Numbered from the stretch's first letter, positions 13,453 through 26,536 are shown. The stretch is DNA of 64,000 nucleotides from Folioceros fuciformis (GCA_049999805.1 JBNGIO010006379.1:487350-551349), one strand, 5' to 3'. Notes: generated by a model from the letters alone, not told the origin. Made by a program: numbers and translations.

Positions 13453-15201
13453 ATGGTGGAAGCCTCTCAAGCTTTACCCTATGCCATCACCCCCCAGGTG
13501 GGGGTCGGCGTGGCCGTGGCCGTGCTGGCGGTAGTTGCGGGTGCCGCCTACGTCTTTTTGGTCAAGAAGGGTGAGCTTCGGCCTTGGATGCGTTCGTGGC
13601 CCTCGTGTGTTGCCGGAGCTCTTCGGCTCGCTTTGGGATGGCAGTGTCGGGCTTCGTTGTTGATGGAGGCGATTCTACTTGCTTGCTGGTGCAGCCAAGC
13701 CTGTGCTTCACGAAGTGGAGTACAGAGCTTTCCCCATTGTCCGACGCACGCAATTGAGCCACAACGTGTTGAAGTTTCGCTGTGCCCTGCCCTCTCCCAA
13801 TGCCGTCTTGGGCCTGCCCGTTGGTCAGCATATTAGGATCACGTGAGTAGTCGTGGACTCCTCTAACAAAGACTGGTGATGCTATCGTGGGATGGTGGTG
13901 TCGTCGTGGATTTGGAACTGAAGCTGCCGGTTATGTTTCACTCTGTCCATGCTTTCACAATTCACGACATGTGTGGATGGTGTCATCAGCGGGTTTGACA
14001 AGGAGGGGGCTGAGGTCGTCAAGCCCTACACTCCAACAACTTTGGACTCTGACAAGGGATATTTCGAATTGGTTGTGAAGGTGGGAAGGATGCCTGTAGC
14101 TTAAGTTTGCCATCCAAGCATCAGCCTGAGACGTCTATTACTTGCTTCCTTGACTCTGGCTGCCCTGTGACTCGCCTCACCGAATTCATGCATTCAGATA
14201 TATCCAGAAGGAAAGATGTCGTATCACCTCAGCACGTTGAAAGTGGGGGATGCAATCCACGCTAGAGGGCCGTCTGTAAGTAGCCCCTTTCTACGGACCT
14301 GATGACTTTATTTTCCCTTCTTTTCGTGTTTGATTACTTATACAAACTGCTTCGTGGTTGTAATGTAGGGGCGCTTCTCCTACAAGCCAAATCAGTACAG
14401 GGCCTGTGGAATGCTTGCTGGAGGGACTGGCATCACACCAATGTTTCAGGTGCTTTCTTGTGCTGTACTGCAGGAAATCAGTCAAACTGTGGAGGCAGGC
14501 CTCTAAACGTTGCATGTTCTTTTGCTGCTGCACGATGCCCGCTCAGGTGGCCAGGGCCATTTTGGAGAATCCAAAGGACAACACGAAAGTGCATCTTCTT
14601 TATGCCAACGTCACATACGATGACATTTTGCTCAAGGTAAGCAGTTCTTTGGATCCTGTTGTGGAGGGACTTTGTTGAGAAGGATCTCAACCTGAACAAC
14701 AGGTACCCTGGAATTGCAGAGGCTATCAGCACATCCTTTGCAGAGTACTTCTGCCCATTCTTTTGCTGCTTTGTTAATTTCACATGGTCGTGTTGGCAGG
14801 AAGAGCTTGACAGTCTCGCCAACAACTACAGGGACAAGTTCACAGTTTACTATGTGCTGAACAATGTCTGTTCCCCTTGCCCAGCTATCCGTTTTTCCAT
14901 TGTACAACTTGCATGCTACAAACTGAACCAAGAGTTGTGCGAACGCAGGCACCAGAAAAGTGGACCGGTGGGGTCGGCTTCATTTCTAGCGACATGATCA
15001 AGAAACACTGCCCATCACCTGCAGCAGATATTAAGGTTCTCCTTTGCTGCAAACTGGGTTCGTCATGCTCTTTTTGGAAGAAGTGCTGAAGGCCTCCTTC
15101 ACTTGCAGATACTGCGATGCGGGCCTCCCGGAATGAACAAAGCAATGCAAGACCATCTGAATGCCTTGGGTTACAGTAAAGATATGCAATTCCAGTTTTG
15201 A
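13453..15201 (+). CDS. CBR1: NADH-cytochrome b5 reductase (ER type), 9 exons
   Basis: N-terminal TM anchor; spliced motifs [73 protein letters not shown]...QFQF*. Confidence 0.95.
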
Positions 15202-15474
15202 ACATTGAAGACTCTGATGACAGAGAAGCACCCCTTCGATGTCAAGATGACTATGGAGGAGTCATTTTAGCTGTAGAACTGACTTGAAAATGTATCCTTG
15301 GACGTCAAGATGACTATGCTGCGGTTCTTGTAGCTGTAGAAACCGCTTGAAAACGTCTCGTTTTTCGGCAGACTGGTTATTTGACGGGTGAGTCTTACAC
15401 GTTCGTTTCGACTTCGTACCGTACCACGACCCTGCTTGTTCGTGGACGAGGGCATGGCAGGCGTTTCAACTTCA

Positions 15475-15670
15475 TTTCATGCGCAGATGGCCGATCTACA
15501 GATCTTGTGCGGATGGACGGCCTATCTACTTCATGTGCGGATGGATGGCCTATCTAGTTCATGTGCGGATGGATGGCATATGTAGTTCATGTGGGGATGG
15601 ATGGCCTATCTAGTTCATGTGCGAATGGATGAACTAGATAGGTGGAGATGAATGGTTTATCTATTTTATG
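15475..15670. repeat. ~28-bp minisatellite with one inverted copy
   Basis: Unit ggatggatggcctatctagttcatgtgc repeated with variants; perfect 14-bp inverted repeat at 15605-15618 / 15629-15642. Confidence 0.85.
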
Positions 15671-15749
15671 TGGAAGGGTAGCTAGCAACATTGGTCATTG
15701 AAACGCCTATCCAGTGCAAAGGTAGTAACAGTGGTCATTGCAATAGTAG

Positions 15750-16330
15750 TAGGACTTCAAAACTTTGCCGACTTGGCCAATGACAATGTGTAATGGTAGC
15801 AAGACTTCAAGACTTGGCCAACTTTGCTAGTGCATATGTGCAATGGAAGCAAGACTTCAAGACTTGGCCGACTTAGCCACTGCTATGTGCAATGGTAGTA
15901 AGACTTCAAGACTTGGCCGACTTAGCAGTGGTATGTGCAATGGAAGCAAGACTTCACGACTTGGCCGACTTAGCNNNNNNNNNNGTGGTATGTGCAATGG
16001 AAGCAAGACTTCACGACTTGGCCGACTTAGCCACTGCTATGTGCAATGGAAGCAAGACTTCAAGACTTGGCCGACTTAGCCACTGCTATGTGCAATGGAA
16101 GCAAGACTTCAAGACTTGGCCGACTTAGTAGTGGTATGTGCAATGGAAGCAAGACTTCAAGACTTGGCCGACTTAGCCACTGCTACTGTGTAATGGTAGC
16201 AAGACACTTGGCCAACTTAGCCACTACTAATGTGCAACGGTACCAAGACAATTGGCCCACTTAACCAATGCCAATATGTAATGGTAGCAAGACTTCAAGA
16301 CTTGGCCAACTTGGCCAATGCTAATGTTCA
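15750..16330. repeat. 48-49-bp tandem repeat array (contains an N10 gap)
   Basis: atgtgcaatggaagcaagacttcaagacttggccgacttagccactgct repeated head-to-tail, starting at 15836, 15885, 15933 and onward. Confidence 0.92.
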
Positions 16331-16479
16331 ACAATAGCAAATCTTGGCTATATTGCACAAGACTTGGCTAGTGCCAATTTGCAGCAATAACTTAGCTGTC
16401 TTGGCCAATGTCGAGACTTGACCAGTGTCAATGTGCAATGGTAGCAAGACTTGGCCACGAGACTTTCAATAGCTAGACT

Positions 16480-16610
16480 TGGCAACTGCAACAAGACTTG
16501 GCTGCAAGACTTGACAACAAGACTTGGCTGCAAGANNNNNNNNNNTGCAAGACTTGACAACAAGACAAGGCTGCAAGACTTGACAACAAGACAAGGCTGC
16601 AAGACTTATA
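16480..16610. repeat. 26-bp tandem repeat sharing the caagactt core
   Basis: caagacttggctgcaagacttgacaa repeated on both sides of an N10 gap. Confidence 0.85.
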
Positions 16611-16854
16611 GAAGCTAGGCTTGGCTAGTGTAATTGTAGCTAGACTTGGTCTTGGTCAGCACCAATGTGCAACAATAGCAAGACTTAGTGCCCATTAGCC
16701 AGTGGCTAATGCAACCATAGCCAAACTTGGCCAAGGCAAACGATAGTAAGATAGGGCAATGATAGCAAAATCAGCTTCTTCTATGTGCAAACCGCCAATG
16801 GTAAAGCAATAGTAGCAAGGAGGCCTATTTCGTGGGACAATTTTAGTCAACAAA

Positions 16855-17165
16855 AATGCAATGACCATTTCTTCAGCCTTAGCCCTTACAAGAGTGCAAT
16901 AGTGGCAAGATGACCATTGCTTAAACCTTAGTCCTTACAAGAGTGCAATAGTGGCAAGACTCAGCGAAAATGTAATGAACATTGCTTAAACCTGAGTCCC
17001 AACAACAGTGCAATAGTAGCAAGACTCAATGAAAATGCAATGACCACTTTGTTCAACCTTAGCCCCAACAATAGCACAATAGTGCAATGATCACTACTTA
17101 AAACTTAGCCCCAACAATTTTACAATAATAATAAGATCCAGTGAAAATGTGATGACAATTGGTCA
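16855..17165. repeat. Diverged ~50-65-bp tandem repeat
   Basis: aatgaccattgcttaaaccttagtcc...agtgcaatagtggcaaga recurs about 5 times. Confidence 0.75.
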
Positions 17166-18674
17166 AACCCCTTAGCTTCCATAATTGTATGTCTAAAGAT
17201 ATGAAATGATCACTTTAGATCGTTATCACGCTTAGGTGTTTCACCTTCTGCGCTTCACGTAGATGAACAAGGGCACAGATGCTTGGAATATAAGGACTAA
17301 AGCGATGGCTTGGGCGGTGGAGAGGGGTGCATGGAGAGGGGCGCCTTCAACACGCCCATGTTTAGCTATCAATGAGGAGTGTATTGCTTCCCATTGTGGT
17401 TGTTGTGTGTGCCTCCTATTTGTACAGTGCAATTAGCATGGTAGGACCTCTATTAATATTGGACTCACACCACCAATGACCATCAAGGAGGCTAGTGCGT
17501 AGTCCCTTCCAAGTAAGAGCACTGTTGAGACGGCTTATATATTATGCCACTAGCAATTGCTATTATGAGACAATGTCTTGTGGGAGAATGCTTGATCACT
17601 TTAAAGTAGGTAAGCCAGACAATCGACTTAGTTCAAATTAAGGTCATTCTTGATAGATAGCACTCATGTGGAGAGCTTGCACTATCAAGCTCACTTGAAA
17701 CATTTTGCTGTGATTGAGGGGGAAACACTATTGAGTTGAAATCATGTGCATGGTGAACCCCAAAGCTTGGTTGTTTGAAGTGACATAGGAAGTAGATACT
17801 AGTGCAATTGACTAGCCTTGAGCGCGCAAAGTAGATGTAGGACCTTCTACAGCCCACATTGCTGTAATTTCAAGAAAAAAAATTTGAATATTCCAATTGC
17901 TCTCCCATGCACAAACCTAGGGGCCGAGTCTTGTGTTCTTATGTAGACCATGTAGTGCAAGGTATAATCCTCTGCCATGAATAGTGGGCAATCTTTGAAT
18001 CCCATAAAAGCTCTTGTTTGCAAGCTATACACAAACCTCAATCTCGTGACAAGCACACACATCATGACTAATTTAAGTAATGACAAGGTGCACTTGTTCA
18101 GACCTAGCTTGAATGCATATACAAATCATATTTGCAAATGCATGATTGGCCGCAGATATAATCGAAAAAGGAGTGGATAACTACCACTACCCTGGATGCA
18201 AAGCTTATATGTATACTTATGTATGTTCTAATTGTGCATGGCAAGAAAAAGGGCAATAGCAATGCAACATAGCGTCACACCACGGTGCATTATACTCTCG
18301 AGCCTTTGCCTATTACAACCTACATTATACTCTTGAGCCTTAGCCCATGGTAGCATTTATTACAACCTAAGCCGTTGTAATAGAGCTTTGTTTATAGGGG
18401 GTGTAACATAACTATAAGGGACGGTGTAGTGCCATAAGGAGTAGTATGCAAGCATATATTATTGGTAGCATGATCATAGATGAAGTGTAGGGAACATTCA
18501 ACATGTATGTACATATGTGATTGGTAGACATTGTCTATTGGTGTCAAAGATAAAGAGAGAGAGGGACCTTAGTACCAATGTGCACACGAGTGTGCGCCTA
18601 CCTACTTATATGCATATAGCATATCTAGCAAAAGGTCTTATTCTTTGAATAGCGAAGATTCTAACCATTCAGTC

Positions 18675-18764
18675 ATGGGGACAATAATGTCATCCCTTCT
18701 CTCCGTGGGGACAATAATGTCATCCCTTCTCTCCATGGGGACAATAATGTCATCCCTTCTCTCC
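18675..18764. repeat. 30-bp tandem repeat x3
   Basis: (a/g)tggggacaataatgtcatcccttctctcc three times; reads ERRDDIIVP(M/T) on the minus strand. Confidence 0.92.
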
Positions 18765-20594
18765 GATTGGTTTGCCATCGGATTTGGCTCTTCAAGTTCA
18801 TTTGCCAATGGTATTGATGAAGCCGTATTGGAGAATGCTTCTGAACAATGTCTGTTGTAAAAGGCATTTAAACATCTAAGGATGCAAAACACGCTTAAAG
18901 TCTTCATTACTTCTCAAGATTTAGATCATCTAAAGAAAGATGAATAGTCAAGCTGAACTAATATTCTCACTACAAAACTATGCAAAAAGGGGTTAAAAAT
19001 GATCGAAACGGACTTTTCATACAAAACAAAATAAAAAACAGTAAAAATAGAGAAAAAGTAACTATAAAACCTTGAGGCCATGGNNNNNNNNNNNNNNNNN
19101 NNNNNNNNNNNNNNNNNNNNNNNNNNNNNNNNNNNNNNNNNNNNNNNNNNNNNNNNNNNNNNNNNNNNNNNNNNNNNNNNNNNGCGCACATGTACGCGCC
19201 ATTGCCTAAAAAGCGGGACCTTTTTTGGGAGGTTTTCTGCTATTTTTTAGAATTTGTTTTACCATTATGCGCTTAAAATACGTGTTAGTCAATTTATGGC
19301 GCACACAAGTGCGCGCCAGCTGGGTCATCGTGTGCACAAGTGTGTGCCAACTTGGTCATCATATGCACCAGTGTGCACCAGCACACTCATAGCACACCCT
19401 TTTATGCACCAATGAGGGCACGGCACGCACAAATAAATAGCAGCTAGGTCATGGTGCATACTTATGAGCACGGGCACGATTAGAGCAAGAACTTGTGCAT
19501 GTTGGTTTGCTCCTAACGCAAACTTTTGTATGACAATTGGTTCTTAGTAAGGACTTACAAATACCACTTGGCTTCCTACCTGCACTTTTAAATACTAATA
19601 GATTGATTTAGAGCCTCCTAAATGTGGGCAGTGTAAGAAGATATTGAAACCCTAGGATTTCAAACCTTAGCTCTTTGATCAACCATTTCCTGAGGCGTTT
19701 AAGGTCTCTACAACATCTTGAATGCCTATATGACTCAGAAGTCGGAGGAAGAGATGAAGATAAATGAGGCAAAGGAAGAGGCAAGTCATTACATTCCATA
19801 TGAAGCTCACTTATACACTTCACCCATTTGAATGAGACACAAACGAATAAATCCGTAGTTTTTCAAGGTAACGTAAACATGCCAAAACCAAACTTTTTTG
19901 ACAAGTTTAATAATCCTTTGGCATACTTCATATTGATATGCATACGATCTAGAATTATGACAGCTCTAAACCTTTGGTATGACACGTGACTATTTCCATA
20001 TAAGCCCAAGGTAATTATTGGCGAACAAGTACAAATTTATCTAAAAAAAATGGAAGATACTAAATCAAGCTAGAAAAGCTTGGATTTTCTATGAAACCCT
20101 AAAATGGAGGACAAACCCAATTTATTTCAGATACTATTTCTAGATCTAAAAATCTAAAAGTGCCAAAAAGAGGAGAGCTCTAAGTTTATTAGCTCTTAGA
20201 CTAGTTTAAAACTGGTCTATAGCTGTTAAAAAGGAAAGAGGTCCGGTTTGTACAAGCCAAAAGAAGAGAGTTCTAATCTAGAGTTATCAAAAAAGAATTA
20301 TAATCTAGGTATGTTAAAAGAGGAAAGTTTAGAAAAAGAGTCCTAATCTAGAGTTGTTAAAAGAAGAAAGTTTGGAAAAGAGTCATAATATAGACATGTT
20401 AAAAGAGGAAAATTTGGAAAAAGAATTTGGAACAAGGAAAGTTTGAAAAATTCTGATCTAGACATGCCTTAAGACAAGAGGTCAAGTCTAGACCTGCTGA
20501 AGGAAGAGGGTTCCAATCTAGAACTATTGGCAAAGGAGGAAAGCTTGAATCTAAATGTGTAACATAGGAGAGGTATCTCGATTAGGTAATAAAG

Positions 20595-20730
20595 ATACTA
20601 TAGAGGCTATATAAACAGGGCAAGATGTTCATAGAGGCTCCTTAAACGGATCAAGATTTCTCAAGAGGCTATACAAGCAGATCAAGATCTCTCAAGAGGC
20701 TATACAAGCGGATCAAGATCTATAGAGAGC
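20595..20730. repeat. ~31-bp tandem repeat upstream of the OTU ORF
   Basis: agaggctatacaagcagatcaagatctctca repeated about 4 times with variants. Confidence 0.75.
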
Positions 20731-20962
20731 CTACTGGATATTTGTGGCCTCTCTTCACTTTTAGCTCTCTACATATTTTTTTTCTTCTTGTTTAGGGTGG
20801 GTGGGATTTTGCATATCTTTTAAATAGAACACTCGCTTCCTCTAAAAAGGGTACATTTGTGTGTCCAAATATCTATAAAACCTATGTATATATCCTTATA
20901 TAAAATAAGTGATATGGGATTATTGTATTTGAAGTTTATAGATAATTATTACTACTTTTATA

Positions 20963-21973
20963 ATGAAATTAATTGATGTTAAATCATTATACTTGGTCTT
21001 AATATTGGGATTAATATACTTGGTCAGATTTCGATTTAGGAAGATCATGTGTTTCTTCAAACGCAAGTATAAAAGTGGAGGTACTAGAGGATATGAGCAT
21101 GAAGATAGAATAAATTCTTTCGAGCAATCGACTCATGCCCATGAAGACAAACTCAAATATAAAAGTGGAGGCACCAAAGGATATGAGCATGAAGATAGAA
21201 CAAATTCTTTCATACAACCAACTCATGTACTTCAAGAAGAAAAAAATTCTTTCAAGCAACCAACTCATGCGCATGCACACCAACAATGTGATTATCAAAT
21301 CATCAAAGTCAAAGGTGATGGAAATTGTCTCTTTCGTTCAATATCACTTGGACTAATAAACAAAGAGAAAAATTTATTTGAAAGCAGATTATATAGAACT
21401 CTAATAAAGGGCAAGGGCAAAAAACTAAAAATCAACGACAAAAACCATCCCCAAAATCTTAAAAAAGAAAAACTTGTTAATTCTTTAGAAAAGTCTAATG
21501 TGAAAGAGCTGTACCAATTCATTGATTTTGAACAGGCATACGAAGAATTAGACCTTGCATATCTAGTACGAGAACATGCAGAGGATGAGGCAGATGAAGA
21601 ATTAAAGCTCGCAAATCTATTACGAGAACGTGCAATGGATGAGTTATTAAAGTATCGTGAAATGTATGAATGGATTGTGGAAGGAAATTTTGATGATTAT
21701 ATAGAGAGGATGAGACAATCAAGACAATGGGGTGGTGAGTTAGAATTGAAGATGCTTGCGATCTTGTTAAGGCTACCCATAGCTGTTTATGTAGATTGTG
21801 CTAATGGCATTTGGAAAGCTTCTGAATACAAACCTAATGTCTTATTCAATGTGGAAAACAACTCAAAACACAAGCGATGTATATGTGATGATGAGACAAC
21901 TATATGCAACAATCATACAATAAATCTATGGTACGATGGTAAAGAACATTACAACTTTCTTATGTTCTATTAA
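20963..21973 (+). CDS. OTU-domain deubiquitinase (OTU4-like), intronless, AT-rich, N-terminal membrane anchor
   Basis: 336-aa open ORF. Cys box VKGDGNCLFRSIS; LANLLRERAMDE..EWIVEGNFDDYIERMR..WGGELELKML..LPIAVY resembles plant OTU4; His box LWYDGKEHYN. Hydrophobic N-terminus LYLVLILGLIYLV. Confidence 0.85.
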   Translation: MKLIDVKSLYLVLILGLIYLVRFRFRKIMCFFKRKYKSGGTRGYEHEDRINSFEQSTHAHEDKLKYKSGGTKGYEHEDRTNSFIQPTHVLQEEKNSFKQPTHAHAHQQCDYQIIKVKGDGNCLFRSISLGLINKEKNLFESRLYRTLIKGKGKKLKINDKNHPQNLKKEKLVNSLEKSNVKELYQFIDFEQAYEELDLAYLVREHAEDEADEELKLANLLRERAMDELLKYREMYEWIVEGNFDDYIERMRQSRQWGGELELKMLAILLRLPIAVYVDCANGIWKASEYKPNVLFNVENNSKHKRCICDDETTICNNHTINLWYDGKEHYNFLMFY

Positions 21974-23326
21974 ACAGAGCATTGAGCCTTGTATTGAGCA
22001 TCTAGTCATAGATTACCTTGACTAGGTTTTTTCTTTCTTAATAAAATTTACCTATTTTAAGTTAATATTTTTCAATCTTCATTATAAATGGTAAATATTA
22101 GAATGTGATCATAGCCTTGGATTCAATCCCCTCCAAGGTGATATTGTTTTAAACTCTAGACTATGTAACTAAGTAAGAGGTACAGCTCACCTTACTTTAA
22201 TAGTGAAAATATGATACACAGTTATTTGTTTTCTAGTTTTTTGGTGTTACGACCACTAGGAGCCACCAGCCTGTGACGGCCCAAAGCCAGGAGACAAAGC
22301 CATGCAGCTACCGCCGAAACTAGGAGATGAAGACTTGCGGCCATCACTAGCCTAAGCCAAGAGACGAAGCTAAGCAGCCACCACTAGCCTGAGGCCAGGA
22401 GATGAAGACCTACAGCCACTTAGAACCCGGCTTAGGTCACCAGACCTAGAGGTACCCACAACCAGTCCCGTCTCGTAAGAAGAACTCAACGGAACAGATA
22501 GCGACACATTCAACAACCTTAACTTAGTTTTTTCGACACTTAAACTAGTAAATAGGGCATTTACTGACTTAGACTAGAAAAGGGGTTAATTTTCCATTTA
22601 TTGTGGTAGTTAGGCGTAACCTGAACAGACTTCCCAGTCTGTTGCTAGATGCTTCTTGGTAGGACACAAGCCAGCCCTTCTTGTACTATGGACCCTAAGG
22701 AATCTACAGCCATTTTTGCTGAAGGCTGTAGATCCTTGCCGTGACATTTGGTATATTGTTTTTTTATTTCCTAACGCGTTGATACCATCACACGCTAAAA
22801 ACAATAGCAAACCTAATACTATTCTCACACGCATTTGAGTGCTAGAGATGTATGGCAAGAAGAATATTTATGTTGCCCTTTGCCACCTAATAGGAGAAGC
22901 TTATATGTCGTGTGCATAGGTTTNNNNNNNNNNNNNNNNNNNNNNNNNNNNNNNNNNNNNNNNNNNNNNNNNNNNNNNNNNNNNNNNNNNNNNNNNNNNN
23001 NNNNNNNNNNNNNNNNNNNNNNNACTTAAAACTAGGAAATAAAATGAAACTAGGATTAGTAAGAAGAGTAAAAGTAGTAGGAAGAGAATCTCAAATGTAG
23101 CAACATTAGCTTTTATAGAGATAATGGTCTTGTTATATATACGACATGTCACATTCATGCATAATTTAGTAATTAACAATTGATTTTATTCATTCCACAC
23201 CACTTCGTGCATACATTTATTATTGCATTTTAGTTTTGCAGCTCCATAAAGTTGGAGTGTTGCTTTCTTTGAATTAATCAAATGCACCATACTTCAAACA
23301 TTTACCATCCATTGCCTCTCACATTA

Positions 23327-23464
23327 CACAAAGTTGTAGCCTAGGTTCTCATTGCACAAAGTTGTAGCCTAGGTTCTCATTGCACAAAGTCGTAGCCTAG
23401 GTTCTCATTGCACAAAGTTGTAGCCTAGGTTCTCATTGCACAAAGTTGTAGCCTAGGTTCTCAT
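23327..23464. repeat. 28-bp tandem repeat running into a gap
   Basis: cacaaagttgtagcctaggttctcattg x5, cut off by the N100 gap. Confidence 0.92.
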
Positions 23465-24594
23465 NNNNNNNNNNNNNNNNNNNNNNNNNNNNNNNNNNNN
23501 NNNNNNNNNNNNNNNNNNNNNNNNNNNNNNNNNNNNNNNNNNNNNNNNNNNNNNNNNNNNNNNNAGTATGTTCTTATGATAAAGCTTGATTGCAATATAC
23601 AATTTAGGTAAATTTGGGAAGAATTCACATTTGAGTATTCATTTCATGGTTAAAGTTTCGATACTAATATATTGTGTGTACACATACCTGAATCAAAACC
23701 TCGTCACATAGTGTATATAGGAGCTCGTGATATGAAGAAAACCCACATTTTCTAACTAATGAGAACATAAAACCCTAGATTGCATCCTAGGTGGTAATAA
23801 GTTGCCCCCTAATACAACAACGTACTAGATGGAACCTCAAGTTAATGATGGCACCCCCACAATTGCATTTAGAGAGAAAAAAAGTCAAAGAGTGGACTAA
23901 ATCCAAGCAAAATCTCAATGCAGTAACAAAAGTTATTGGTGCAATTTGAAATGCTTAAATGCAAGGTGAAGGCAAAAGCTAAGAGCTTGCTCTTTTTCCT
24001 GAAGAAGAGGAGATATGAGCTTGAGAAGATTTGGGGATGGATAAGTCCAAAAGAAGGGCCTTCTGTACTTGCGCATACTATTTTTCTTGCTGGAATAGTT
24101 ATGATATTCAAACACTAACTCTTTATTACCACACAAGATAGGGGTTAGTATAATCACAAGTTAATATGTTTATGAGTTAGGTGAAAACTATTAAAAATAT
24201 TTTTTATATGTTTCGTTGCTCTCTCACAACAGTTATCTTATCTTATGTGTCCCTCTTATGCTCATATGCTCTTACTTCTTGCTACGATCTAATCCTACAA
24301 TATCATAATACATTGCAACAACACATTATGGTATCTGAGTAGAGGTGCCTCCTCTTATGCTCATGTGCTCTCGCTTCTTGCTATAATCTAATCCTACAAT
24401 GCCACAGTGCATTGCAACAACATGATGTTTCTTAGAGGGAGGCCTAAAGACCCCTCAACCCTTTTCGGAGAAGAAGGTGAAAGAAGACAAGGTTGCCCAA
24501 TCCTCCAAAGATAAAGAGTCTCTCTGTTACTAACCAACACCTATAAAAGAAAAGCCCGCTTCTTGATACATGAGATGAAATCCTTTGTAAGACG

Positions 24595-24880
24595 GAGTCA
24601 TGAAGTGAAAACCAAGAGGCCAAAATTGGAGCCAATTGCGAGAAGGGTCTAGTGAGTCATGGAGCGAAAACTAAGAGGCCAAAATTAGAGCCAATTGCAA
24701 GAAGACCTTATGGAGTCATGGAGCAAAAACAAGAGGCCAAAATTAGATTCAATTACAAAAAGACTTTGAGGAGTCATGGAGCAAAAACAAGAGACCAAAA
24801 TTAGAGCCAATTGCAAGGCCTTTGAGAATTATGGAATGAAAACTAAGAGACTAAAATTAGAGCCCATTGCAAGAAGGCAT
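24595..24880. repeat. 58-59-bp tandem repeat x5
   Basis: gagtcatggagcaaaaacaagaggccaaaattagagccaattgcaagaag..., with copies at 24595, 24654, 24713, 24771 and about 24825. Confidence 0.88.
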
Positions 24881-25519
24881 TGCTACCAAGGAGATTGGAA
24901 TTTTATGATTCACACCATACATAACATCCTCCATATCTATCACCTACTATGATTTAGAATATATTATGTACCCAAAATTTATTATGAAAATATTATATTT
25001 GATTATACCAAAGACCTAGAAAAGAAAACAACTTTCTTTCAACAATGCCTATCCTTCCCTTTGCAAAGAGCATTGGCCAATTCGGTTTTTAGAAGAAAGA
25101 CCAATGTAGGTTAAGCAGCTCCTTAACCGCTTAGCATAGAGCTTTTGTTATTTCAAATCATGAACTTTTGGGGGCAATGTACAATTTCGAGAGTGATATT
25201 TGAGGGTGCTAGTCCCCTTTTTAGCCTTTGATTTTTTTTGTTAGGTGGGCTAGGCCCTCCTCACAAAAAAAAACTTATCCCGAGGTTGTCACTAATGGTG
25301 TCTTGTACGAAATTGTTATCCGAGCATAATTAATGTAAAATTACACCAAGATTGCAGGGCACCATTAATTCAGGGTCTAGGATCTGCTATGACGAGCACA
25401 GTGTCGGAACGAGCATATAGGTTTGGTGAACTTTATGTAGTTGGACAGCGATTGGCCCGTGGATGGCAATTTGATCGGGAACAAGCGCAAGTAATAGCGA
25501 GGGCACTACCAAAATCGGA

Positions 25520-26117
25520 ATGCAGGCTGCAACCATGACAACGTCCTGGAGCTGGAGCTGTCGAGAAGTGAAGGGCAAGCAATTTGCCGTTTCGAGCGGT
25601 ACCACGTGGGCTAAACCCCAGCCACAGCAATGTAGATTGAAGCCCGCCGGTCGGGACAGTTCCCTCTGGTTTGCTCAGCAATGCAAGGGCCAAGCGTCTC
25701 CACTTCCAGGCGCGACATTGTTGGCTGCCTACCCACACGGATGTGGCCTAAGAGTGGTGAGGAGGAGGGGTTCGGTTCCCCAAGCAGTAGGTGACGAGGA
25801 GCTGCCCACGCCCATTCAGCCTGAGGAGGTGGGAAAGCCATTTTACACTTCCAAGCTTTTTCGGGTGGGTGTGGTGGTGTTCATCACGCTAGGATTCGTG
25901 GACGCAGGGTAGGCGCGCCCTCACCCAGATTCATGTCCTCCCCTCGCCTCTGGCTCCAACTTATGCCACGTTGCCATCTTGTGGCATTTGCAGATACAGC
26001 GGAGACTGGTCCAGGATCGGGGCCATAAGCACAGACGTGGAAGCTGCTCTGCGTTTGGCAGCAGTGGTCGTAGTCCCTACGTCTGCACTAGTCCTCTGGT
26101 TCATTGCCAAGGGCTGA
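25520..26117 (+). CDS. Conserved small plant membrane protein, probably plastid-targeted, 2 exons (25520-25908, 25994-26117)
   Basis: Ser/Arg-rich transit-like N-terminus; spliced motif VVFITLGFVDAG / YSGDWSRIGAIS; second TM AAVVVVPTSALVLWFIAKG*. Confidence 0.8.
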
Positions 26118-26536
26118 TCACTGTCTTCGGTGGTGCCACGGAACCCGCACATGCATAGCACAGTCCTCGTATGTACTTCCGTTTTCAGCCTCCTGCTGCA
26201 ACAGTGATTCCCTGCTACATTGAGTTTATGCAAGCTACTTCTTGAAACCCTCGAAGAAGCTTCTCGCAGGATTTGGGGCACCAAAGGTGTACGTCTGGTT
26301 AACGACTGTGATGTGAAGAAACCGAATCCTTACATTGCTAAGCCGTATGGGAAGGCGTGTTACATCAACTGGACCACTTCCCATGGGAGGACACGAGCCA
26401 TATGGAAGGCTGAGGTTAAATGTGGCAATGCGCCAGACACACTTCTTCAGAATGTTATGAGAAGTCTCAAAAGAGCTGGAAGGAACAAAACTGGGACATC
26501 GTGACAAACAATCTAGACTAACACACAGGGCACCGC

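Noticed and set aside
15750-16330. Regular repeat array as a CRISPR locus or repeat protein (ORFs MEARLQDLADL...)
   Set aside because: Units are head-to-tail with no unique spacers, there are no cas genes, and the context is eukaryotic; the ORFs are by-products of the repeat.
22113-22160. Hairpin ccttgga...tccaagg followed by CTAG as a Helitron 3' end for the OTU element
   Set aside because: The stem is short, the spacing is long and CTAG is followed by A rather than T; no matching 5' end was identified.
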